Part shown: positions 51,025 through 61,892 of the stretch, in pieces
Layout: each line of letters opens with the position of its first letter
Numbering within the stretch: position 1 is the stretch's first letter
Assembly (NCBI GenBank): GCA_030265395.1
Contig: JARFYF010000007.1
Span: 23,346,755-23,410,754, forward strand
DNA: 64,000 nucleotides
Direction of reading: 5' to 3'
Origin: Rhina ancylostomus
Taxonomy: Eukaryota
The notes under the pieces: generated by a model
Seen by the model: the letters and a program-made list of their open reading frames with translations, nothing else
The model's database searches: none
Told to the model about the DNA's origin: nothing
Position numbers and translations under genes: made by a program

Positions 51025-54000
51025 TAACTTCCAGCTTGTATTTAGCATTAAGATCATGCATGAAGTATTCAACTAAAATTAGCCATCCTCTGGAATAAAC
51101 AAATCAACCAATACAGAGGCTTTCAGCTGAGCTATGGTGTCTATTCTTCATTGACAGAAATAAGTATTTGTATAGCAAGTATGCTGTGTTATTTCTTGGG
51201 AGTGCTTTCTGTGTATGTGCTAAACCTTTACTCATCACGTTTCACTGAGACTATGTTAGATACATTTTGTTTTGTTGCTTTGAGAGGATGAGCAAGGAAT
51301 ACAATTATTTTCAGTCTTTTCCAACACTAAAGCAACAGGACATAGATGCCCTGCTCATTGTAATAATCTTGGAAAATTATTCTGTTCGCTAATTGTGGTG
51401 ATGTGTCTAAGAAACATGTTTGCAATTGCAATATAAATAGCCAAGAGAGGAACTCTTACCTTCCTGGCTCCAGATGATATTGTGCAGGATGACTTGCATT
51501 AATTTGTCAATTAGATTTCCAAGTTTGCAGACAGATCTGAGGTTTGGAATTCAGTGCAGTTTCCCATCATCTGAAGGAATGTCTGATGTCCATTCCTTGA
51601 ATATGCTTTTATTCCATCAGCTGGAAAACTCACCATTTACCTCTTTAGGTGATCTCCAGTAATGGCAAATTTGAAGATGAGCAGTGAGTTTAGTTGAGTT
51701 CAAGACTGATTTTCTTCTCGTCCCCAACCAGTGCCGTGCAGAAAGATCATCTGGTCATTCATGTGTCAAAGATGTGGATATTATTTGCTGTTGTTTTCAG
51801 TCAAGAATCCCAAAATAATGCTCCATCATAGCTTCCTCCTGAAGTTACAGCCATCACTAAAGCCAGTCTTCATCCAATTTGATTCTATCCCCATGATAGT
51901 GAAAAATGACTGAGAGCATTGAGAAGGCCATGGAACCAGAACTCATCCCAGTTATGAAGCTGTAGACATGCTCCAGAACAGTATGGTCTCTAGCCAACCT
52001 TTCTCCGTACAGTTACAATACTGGCATCTACCTAACAATGTGGAAACTTGCCCAGGTGTGCCCTGCCCAAATCAGCAGAGTAATGGAAAGGGTCATCAAT
52101 AGTGCTTTTAAGTGACATTTCCAACACACTTACAATGTCCAATGATTCGTAGTTTTGGTTTTGGCAGGACCACTTTTCCCTGAATTCACTACAATCCCGA
52201 TCTAAGCAAAGAAAAAAAACTAAATTCCAGTTCCTGAGACTGACAGCAATTTCCACACGTGCTTAGAAGGCTATACTGCTGATTTTGATTTCTAGTAATG
52301 ACAACTTGCAGTGCAAAATCCTTTAGAAAATTTAAGAACATGTTTAGCTTTAATGAACAGTCAAAGCCATTTGGCAATAAAATTTATACCTGTGCATTAT
52401 ACTTTGTCAAAATTTCACTTTACCATGTTTTGGAGGGCATACATGCACATTTTTGATGCAATAGGGTGAACAGATGCTCACAAGCCCATAACCACCAAAT
52501 CAACTATAAATTGTAGATGGTTACTGGGGAGGGCCATGCCCCTCTTGCCCCTCCCCTGTAGACTCACTGAGGAGAGGACACCCTGGTGTGGCTCATTATG
52601 ATTGGCATAATCAGCACAGTTCTCTGCTTGGGACACTATCCATATCTTTCTTAAAAAGTATTTGGTTGTCCTGAGAGGATCAATTAAAGGAGAAAATATG
52701 AATCAAGAACAGGTGAATTAGGATATTATCCTTCAGTATTGTATTGACTTACAAAATTCTAATGAAAATTTAAATTCGAAAAAGGGCAACATGACTTTAA
52801 TAAAACTTCTAAACTGTTACCAATATTAGGGAATAATTCTTACCTAATGGAGCCCATAAGGAAAATAAGACTAAAACTCAGAAGTAAGATGATTATATGA
52901 ACATTTCTATGGTGCCCATTACACAGCTACAGTGGGAGCCCCAGCTCACTTTTCCAAATTTAAATTAATCTTTTTGCATGTGTGAAGCTTTAGCAAACCT
53001 TTATTTAATTTTAATAGCAGATGGAAAATCCAGTATCCAAAAACAGGCTGTGCCCTAAAGAATTAACAATAAAGCTGTCCTTTACCAAAAATATTTTCAA
53101 CAGTAATGTACTTAAAACCTGATCGAATTTCTCATTTAAATTTATGCACAAGAATCATTAGTGGCAAGAGACAATGCCATTGTTTCCTGTTTATTGTTCG
53201 GTTATTCATGTAATTCAGCTACAGGAAATAGCCAAGGAAACTATCAAACTAAAACAATAATACTTTGTAAAAGGCGGGGCTTTCTTGGAATTCCTTCACA
53301 TTGAGGGGACAGTTTTCCTACACCTCAGCTCTCTGAGCCACAATTTCCCTGAGGTTAAATTTTCTGGGATATTGATTGCTTAGACCTGGTTGATTGTTTT
53401 AATCAGTCCCAAATTCTATCTCTTCAGCGTGGCTGTTGTTCCGTCAAATTAAGATGCTGATATTTTGTTTAACAAGAAGGATGTGATTTGTAAACGAAAT
53501 CAGAAGATTAAACTAAAATTTATATTTTTGGAATTTAATAATGGTCCAGCCTTTGGAACAGATGATGGAAATTGAAGTGAATTAAATTCTTATTCCATTA
53601 TTTCTGAGTATTTCTGAGTGTGTGAGTTACACAATGGTTTTATCACAAGACAAATGAAAATACAGAAACCTTAACTTATTCTTTACTTCAATTTACTATT
53701 TCAAAATTTATATTTTAGAAACAGAGAACTACATTTAAAATTATTAATTGCACAGAAACAACCTGGTACCTTGTTGTAACTGTGTTCATTTTTACAGGTC
53801 CAAATGAACAGTTCATGACAGCCAGTAAAACCAAGTCTGATGCCACCTGCACCAATCAAAGTCTTTATACGTGCACCTCTCTAGGGTGACTGGTGGCAAT
53901 CAGAAGATGAAACTTTTGTATATCCATTAACTGTTGAGGAAAATATCACATTAAGGTTGGGGGTTAAGAAATTAAGCGATGTGCCTGTCTGTTGTAATAT

Positions 54001-54849
54001 TGTTGCACTCTGCTTGCAGCCTCAGTTCAGGTCTGACTGCCAGAGAAAAGGAGTTGTGTTTATTTCCCACTCATTGTCTAAGTGAGTAAATGAATGAAGG
54101 TGATCCTCGGCTCTAGACTAGTTTAGAAGAACCCACGATACACTGCATTAGTGACAAGGCAGAGGTCCTAAATGAAGAAAGTAAGACTTGATGAGTTTTC
54201 AAATTTGCAGAGTTGTAGTGATAAAGAAGGCATTCCGTGAAACGTAAATAAGACAATCATACGCATAAAGGGAACACAAGATAGCACAAAAGGAGTAAAT
54301 AGAAAGCTCTGGAATACCATGAAACACAGAGGCACTTAGTATTTACTTGGAATATTTGGATACATTCTGCAATGATCATATCATTGTTGCCTGAAACATC
54401 TAGAATGCTGAAGAACAAATTGCGCTGATCCATGAGTTAAAAAGGCAAATGTCATTAGTCCAACATTTACACAACATTCTAGTCTTATTGGCATCATGAA
54501 GAACAACCAACATCTCATGATGGAACTCTTATGATGTTGAAAGCACGCTTCAACCCAGCACCATCCAACATTTTGCAGAGTTACACATTCACGATGTACA
54601 AACGATGCTGAGTGGCAAATGGAGATTATGTTGTCAGCTGGGTGAGCCATGTGATTTTTGGAATGTTTCTGGATGGACCGTTTAGTAAGGGGTGAGGGGA
54701 GGTTAAGTGATGAACATGTACAAGTCAAATTGTGTCATACTCAAACCTTACTTCTGAGAAGGCATGAGACCTGGGGTTTTGATGAAAATGCTGCTGGTAA
54801 ATATGAATGTTCCCATTCCATTGTTGAGACATCTAATAGGTCACCACTG

Positions 54850-55050
54850 ACCATCAAATACCCACTTACTCTGATCCTATTTCATTCTTTTCACATTCCC
54901 CTTCTTTGGGATGAGGGAGGAAACCAGAGCACCCAGGGGAAACTTGCACAGACGCGGAGAGAACACCACACAGACAGCAATGGAGATCGCAATTGAACCC
55001 AGGTCACTGGAACTGTGAAGCAGCAACTTTACTAGCTGCACAATTGTGTG
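54850..55050 (-). mobile_element. V-SINE fragment
   Basis: GGGAGGAAACCAGAGCACCCAGGGGAAAC..AATTGAACCCAGGTCACTGGAACTGTGAAGCAGC. Confidence 0.8.
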
Positions 55051-55690
55051 CTTCTTGGACAATTATCAGAATTAAACATTATTTTTGAATTATTTTCCCA
55101 TTCCACAAGTTTTGTTAATATTGTCCAGTAATTTCTTGCCGTTCTGCTCAGAATTGAACATTCCCCCGAGCTCCTCACCCCCATTTCTCGACATTGTTTG
55201 TTAATTTAGAAGTTGTCTTCTTAATTCCAAATATAAATCATTAATGTAAATTGTGAAGAGAAGTGATGCCAGCACTGATCTTTCAGGAACACTACTGCAG
55301 AGCATTTATCATTGAATGCTCGATTTGACCATTGTAGGTCAGCTTTATTCAAATCTGACATTCACTCAAATAAACGCTGTCACATAATCACAGCAAGGGA
55401 TACAATTTGCAGTTGATTTCAATGAAATAGTTCTAGTGTTGTATTAGTGATTCACTGGATGTAATGAGGGATTACTGCATGAGTTGATGTTATTGTTCTG
55501 TAAGCGTAGAATAGTTACGGTTAATTCGGAAGGAAAGTTACAACTTGTTTAAAATTATCCTGTCATTTCAATGAATGCTTGGAACAGATACATTTTCTTG
55601 CCAAAATAAATAAGATAACAAAAGTACAGTTTGGTTTGGTATAGTTCTTTGTATTGCTTGGCAGCCAATTGAAGTTAGTATCAGATTTTC

Positions 55691-56224
55691 NNNNNNNNNN
55701 NNNNNNNNNNNNNNNNNNNNNNNNNNNNNNNNNNNNNNNNNNNNNNNNNNNNNNNNNNNNNNNNNNNNNNNNNNNNNNNNNNNNNNNNNNNNNNNNNNNN
55801 NNNNNNNNNNNNNNNNNNNNNNNNNNNNNNNNNNNNNNNNNNNNNNNNNNNNNNNNNNNNNNNNNNNNNNNNNNNNNNNNNNNNNNNNNNNNNNNNNNNN
55901 NNNNNNNNNNNNNNNNNNNNNNNNNNNNNNNNNNNNNNNNNNNNNNNNNNNNNNNNNNNNNNNNNNNNNNNNNNNNNNNNNNNNNNNNNNNNNNNNNNNN
56001 NNNNNNNNNNNNNNNNNNNNNNNNNNNNNNNNNNNNNNNNNNNNNNNNNNNNNNNNNNNNNNNNNNNNNNNNNNNNNNNNNNNNNNNNNNNNNNNNNNNN
56101 NNNNNNNNNNNNNNNNNNNNNNNNNNNNNNNNNNNNNNNNNNNNNNNNNNNNNNNNNNNNNNNNNNNNNNNNNNNNNNNNNNNNNNNNNNNNNNNNNNNN
56201 NNNNNNNNNNNNNNNNNNNNNNNN
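55691..56224. other. Assembly gap immediately upstream of a candidate first exon
   Basis: Run of N ending 32 bp before ATG 56257. Confidence 1.
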
Positions 56225-56256
56225 GGAAGACAGAAAATTCACAGACAAGAGCAAAC

Positions 56257-56317
56257 ATGTTGGTTGCCTCTTTCTGGAGCTGCTTATTTCGGGTGTACTC
56301 TACATGTCACTGGAATG
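56257..56317 (+). CDS. STARD8: Probable alternative first coding exon (STARD8-like N-terminus MLVASFWSCLFRVYSTCHWN)
   Basis: ATG in good context (gcaaacATG, A at -3), then 20 codons plus 1 nt to donor AATG|GTGGGT (phase 1, same as the 3246 exon). The FWSC-FR motif resembles human STARD8 MPLLDVFWSCFRKVKC as recalled. Promoter and most of the 5'UTR fall in the gap at 55691-56224. Confidence 0.6.
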
Positions 56318-56519
56318 GTGGGTAATTGGAGTTTAATGCCACTGGATGTATCTGTACACTGAAGTGCATTTCATCAAAAAAGTTTAATCAGTGGATCAAT
56401 CAATAAAATTCAACAAATCCAGAAAGACAGAGCTGCCGTTACATTTTTGGCAAAAGAACTTCAACATAGGGTATCATTAATTTTGAGAAAACAAAGGAAA
56501 GAAACTAAAAAGCAAAGAA

Positions 56520-57130
56520 GTTGTATTTAAACCTGACTGGAATCTTGGTTAACCTTCTTGGAGTACCATGAACTGTTTGGGTCTCCAGCTTATAAGAGGA
56601 ATATTGTGATGCTCAAAGTTTTTATTAGAATGATACTTGAACTGAGTCTTTACATCCATTTGGCAAAGTTAATCAGGCAAACACTCATTCTGAAGAAAAG
56701 AGAAGAGTGACTGGATGGACATCTTCAGATTGCACTGCCAGAGAACGTGGTGGAAACAGTGTCTAGACAAGCACTTGAATTGCCTAGACATAGAAGGCTA
56801 TAGATTCAGCATTGACAAAGGTGGGCTGAGTGACTTGTTTCCATTCTGTATGTCTCTAAGAAAGGGTTCAATGAAGTAGATGCAGTTTCTGCTTCTACCA
56901 CTGGCAAACTTTAGATACTTGGTTGAACAGAGAGCATTCAGAATGTGGAACTTGCTACCTTATCGAATAGTTAAGATACATTCAAAGCACAGTGGGTTAA
57001 GCATGGAGGGGAAAAGAAGGAGAAGTACAAAAATTACTGGAGCCATTTGGAGAAGGGTAGAGGGAAATCCATTTTGACAGTGAACTCTTGCATGGGTTTA
57101 TTGGCCAGAATGGACTCTTTGTGCTATAAG
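56520..57130 (+). mobile_element. Decayed CR1 fragments
   Basis: TTGGAGTAC..TTTGGGTCTCCA, CACTGCCAGAGAACGTGGTGGAA, CTAGACAAGCACTTGAAT and GAATGTGGAACTTGCTACC motifs. Confidence 0.6.
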
Positions 57131-57164
57131 TACTTTATATTGTTGTTATCCTTTACAACCTTGT

Positions 57165-57275
57165 TGTGTCCATGAGAAATTTCTCAAAGCACTTACAAGA
57201 TAATACTTTTGCAGTGCAGTCAGTGTTGTTATTATGACTGCCATGACAGCAAATTTGCACACAAGAGCAACAGCA
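57165..57275 (-). mobile_element. DeuSINE 3' tail fragment
   Basis: CTCAAAGCACTTACA..TACTTTTGCAGTGCAGTCAGTGTTG..CAGCAAATTTGCACACA, the reverse of 45620-45700. Confidence 0.55.
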
Positions 57276-57874
57276 TTGGTTGCATCTTTCACCAGCTTGT
57301 GTTCCTTTGAGCTGAGATTCTCTGCAGAGAATGCAGATGTGCCGAATTTAAATCACTGAGTTGATGGTAGCAGTGTGCTGAAGTTGATTAGGAGTTTGAG
57401 ACATGCCTGATTCAGTTCAGTGAACTACAAATGACCTTTCAAGTGTACGTTCTTCATTTTTAGAAATCAACATGCTCATTTTTAACATTTCTGCAGGGAT
57501 GAACAGAAATGCAAGCTTTTTTAAATGTTGGTGCGACCTGAGTTTCTTCTGTGCAATCTTATCTTTGCCAATAGAAGATTTAACAATTAGGGCCCATCTN
57601 NNNNNNNNNAATTATTTTGTTTGTATTAACAGCTACTTGATCAGTCAAGCACTAGTCCAGGATATCAAATTAACTTCTAAGAGTCAACTAATCAGACTGC
57701 ACAATGATTTTAAAAGTCTAGTTTATAAATCCATGAGATGTAAAAGCAAAGCTTTCAGTTATCAATCTCAGCACATGGAAATCAAAACCAAACCAAGCTG
57801 CCAGTAAGTTTGAGCCCTCCTGTGATGCTTTGCACTTGTGAAAATTCATTTAACTGCCCAGTTTGTAATATAAA

Positions 57875-58580
57875 ACCATTGAATTGTTGCAGCACAAAAG
57901 GAGATGAAACAGCCCATCACATCTGTGCTGGCGTTTTGCAGGAAGAAACCTAGTCATTTCCATTAACTATTTTTCCCCCATAGCCATGAAATTTCATTTA
58001 CCGATTTTGTTTTTGAAAGCTTCCAGTCTGTTTACAGCACCCTTTCAAGTGGTAAATTGCAGATTATTACTACTTGCTGCAAGTTTTTTTCCTTGTATCT
58101 ACTTTGGTTCTTTTACCACTCACCTTAAATCAGTACCTTTTGATTGTCAACTCTTTACCAATGGGAATGGTTCCTCTTTATTTACTTTGTCATGATCCAC
58201 ATGATCTCATATGCTTCTATCAAATTTCCTTGCAACTTTCTTTAATGTCATGGAGAATAATCCTAGTTTTTCTAGTCTAGCTATGTAATTTAAGTCCGTC
58301 ATCACTGACACATCTAGAACTCTTTGCTTTGGATGTTCATAATGTTTTTGGATGTTCATAAAGTTTTCACATCTTCATGAAGTAAATCGTGACAAGACTC
58401 TAGTTAAAGCCAATTCATTGTTTCATAGAGTTATAATGTCTTTGTTTTTGTACTTTGTCTCTGTTGATAGATCTCAGGTTCCCTTAAACATTTTTATCTG
58501 CTTTTTCAATATGTCCAGCCACTTTTAAAGATTTCTGAACATGCATCCTCTGCTCTCTATTGCTGCAGTCTCATCAGAAT
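57875..58580 (-). mobile_element. Old CR1 3' fragment
   Basis: GCAGCACAAAAGGAG..CAGCCCATC reverse 3'UTR, and GGAGAATAATCCTAG (GLFS). Confidence 0.6.
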
Positions 58581-59032
58581 TATACCTTTTTTAAAAAAAA
58601 TATTGTCTCCTCTTGTTTATCCTACTAAAAATGTATTATTTTACACTTCCATGCATTACATGTTATGTTACTTATCAACAGGCTTTGAAACCTGCTTGGT
58701 GGGAGGTCAGGTAATGCTGCTGTTTCAAAAATATCCCACAGTAGCATTCTTAAACCAGTACAACTTTCAAACAGTTAAAACTGCATCAAAATTTGCATTA
58801 ACATTCTTTATATTAACATACAGTACATTCGCAGTAACATGCATGAATTGCCAAGTTGATCTCCTATTTATCACACGTGATATTCCACCAATATTTTTAT
58901 ATATAAATTATGTACCAAGGCTCAATAAAAATATAAAGAAAACTTAATGGTGTAATAAAATACTTAGCCCAAAGACCATACAGTTTCATTCTTAAATAAA
59001 AACTGATTGTTGTCTGTTCACTGACAGACTCA

Positions 59033-59157
59033 GTGTGCTGATTGGTACCTGGTGACCAGTGGAGCGTGTGAGCCCATTGATACCTGGTCACTGGCAGAGA
59101 ATGTGAGCCCATTGTTTCCTGGTCACTGGTTGAATGTGTGAGCCCATTGTTATCTGG
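59033..59157. repeat. 35-bp minisatellite, about 3.5 imperfect copies
   Basis: GTGAGCCCATTG recurs at 59068, 59103 and 59138, the first two followed by CCTGGTCACTGG. Confidence 0.85.
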
Positions 59158-60994
59158 CTATTCTGGTTTCCTTCACTGAAAATGTTCACATACCTCTCAA
59201 AAAGCTAACTTAAAGGCAGAAAATAAGAAGAAATACTACATTGCAAAAGCAGCCTGGTACATGTGGTTATCTCCCAATAGTCCACTTTCTCTGCCAATCT
59301 GCTTAAGTAGCCCTCTCTCACCCCAACCCACCAGAGAATCCTCATCACAACACCTGTCAGCCTAACAGAAATGGACATTTACTTTGTAGATTGGGGTCTA
59401 ACCTTCCCTTAGGCAACATCATAGCTACTTTATCCTTTAATGCTCTTAATTTTTCTTCTGACACCAAGTGAAATAACAACTAATCATACATTCCTTTAGA
59501 ATTGTTTTGTCATATTTCAATCAACTTCAAGTCTGTCCCAGGTGAACAATTACATTTTTAAAACTGATAGGTTAAACCTTTAAATACAATTTATTGTGAA
59601 AGTTCTGCATGTCTCTGTTGGTCAGGATGAATTGGAGGAACAGCTGCTCTATGATCGGGGCAACAGGCTGGATTGGAAAGTCACCTGATTGTCCACAGCA
59701 CCTTAATTAGTCAGCAGCTGCTCTTTCTTTCTTTGCCAGTTTGAACACTACAGCTTCCCTCTGAAGTTGTCTTGGGTCAGAAGTTAAGAATGAGTCAGCA
59801 GCTGTAAATAGTGTCCATTTGTAGTGGAAATGAGATGTAATCTGTTCTCCAGATAGACTTCTATTTTGCCCAAATAAATAACATGCAGTTTCCATTTCAA
59901 TGAACCCCATTATCATTACTGAATCATAAACAAGTATAGCATCAAAGGAGATCTTTTGGTGCATTGGAGTATTGAATAAAGGATTTTTTTAAAATCTACT
60001 TTTACAATGAATCTGCAACTGAAAATAGACACTTTTTGAATGACATGTATTTGTCTTGGAGTGTGGTGTTGTTGCTGAAGTTATACTGGCATCTTTGACA
60101 AATTGTTTCAGGTGTCCGGCAATCCAACTGGATAGATGTAACTAGGGTGCCAGGTCAGTGGTCTGATGCTGCCCCATTTTCTATTTGCTTGCAAGTCAGT
60201 ATTTTGAGTTTTATGAATGGCACTTGGAGTTAAGACCAGGTCTTTGTTCCCCCCTAACTAAAAGTAGTTTCTATTATATTGCTTGATATCATCAGAGGAG
60301 TGAGAAACATATAAGCTTGTTTATAGCTTTTATGGTGGTCATTTATATTATGGGTTATATTTGTAAAGCTTTTTAATGGTTTGCAAAGCTGTTTCTCATT
60401 CAATAATTAATATAAAATGCAGAAAGAAGCAGTACAAGGACTAGCCAGAAAGCCTGATGTGAATGTTGACAATTCTGTAGCAGTCTGTTTATCATATGAT
60501 TGACCAACTTGCTTTACATAAACACCATGACGGCAATAGCCAGTATATGCAAAACCAACTGGTTGTGACAGCATGAAGTTAATAAGAATTAGATAAAGCT
60601 CTATCCTGCCTTTAGCATTTTTCATTCTGTGCTGACATGTAGGAGTAATGTCTCTGAAGCCCCACCTCATTCAAACTGATTCCAAGGATTAGCCCAGTTT
60701 AACTGAGTGGGTGGATTTCTTGGTATGTACGTGCTTTAAGTCTGCTTGGATAAGGATGTAGTGAAAAGCTGTGCTCTTCTGCTTTTTAGAGAAACTTGCT
60801 GTTCAGTGGATTGTGAGGCTTCATTTCATAAAAGAGCACCTTCATCTGATTTGTCTGTATCTGACTAATTTTCAGAAAGCACTGACAGATGACTAGATAG
60901 GTCCAATGCTGTCATTTAATAATTTTTAAATTAGATAAAGTTAAACACTGGAATGTGTAGCTAAATTATAAAGCTTATCTGATAAATCAGTTGA

Positions 60995-61031
60995 ATGCCA
61001 AAAGAACCCAACTCCATAATGATTCTACCAA
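60995..61031 (+). CDS. STARD8: Probable alternative first coding exon (DLC1-alpha-like N-terminus MPKEPNSIMILP)
   Basis: 12 codons plus 1 nt, then a consensus donor CAA|GTAAGT (phase 1). Same length and MIL position as DLC1 MCRKKPDTMILT-Q as recalled. The second ATG (61019, MIL) has A at -3. Confidence 0.6.
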
Positions 61032-61849
61032 GTAAGTAATTTTACTTTTCTAATTTTTGCAACAAACTTTTTATTGTTTTATCAAGAGTTACGTTTAAAG
61101 AGAAACATGTTAAATGCTTAAAAGGTGTTAAATTCTCCTGACGTCTGTAATTTTTACGATTACAGTAGTTGCAGCTTTTTTAGTTAGCCCTGCAAATGTG
61201 GCACTCAAAAACTTCTGTAGCAGTCTGCTTAATAGATGGCCGACCAACTTGAACTGTGACGCACATGTTCTACATATGAATGATTGGGGGAGGGAAGGGA
61301 TGGGAAGATAGATAACATTACAAATTATATTATTATCAAAAAATAGAAATTTGATTTTTTGACGATTTCTTAACTCTGTGCATTTGTGAGTAAGCAAAAT
61401 GTGACACTTTTTATTCATGGAGCTTCTCAGTTTTTGTCATCTTTTAAATTTTATTTGGCACTCTTCCTGCCAGCTCTTAGCAGCCATTCAATGTTTTAAA
61501 AAAAATGTAAAAGTGTAAATCCAGGAATGCAAAAGTATAAAAACAGATGTCTGTCCCATTCTGTACTTTTTTCATTCTCTTTGTGAGCCACATGCCAGAT
61601 GCTGCAATTTTACTCTTCCAGGAAGGTGAGATGTTATCTGGCATACCTCCCGTTCTTTAACATCCTAAAAGGTAAAGAATCAACAAGATAAAAAGCTTCT
61701 TGCAGCCAGTATTTTCATTCACTGCACATTGAGAGAGAACACTAATGCTCTATATTTGATCAGCCATGACAATTGTTTCTTTTAGACCACCTTGCCAGAC
61801 TCTGACTTCTGCAAACCCATGGAACTACAGAGTACTGACAACTAGCACG

Positions 61850-61883
<34 letters not shown>

Positions 61884-61892
61884 CCTCTCTCT
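61850..61892. repeat. (CT)n microsatellite
   Basis: About 20 CT units with two interruptions. Confidence 0.95.

Noticed and set aside
59033-59157. CRISPR-like array (also the 28587 duplication)
   Set aside because: Vertebrate DNA with tandem units, no unique spacers and no cas genes.
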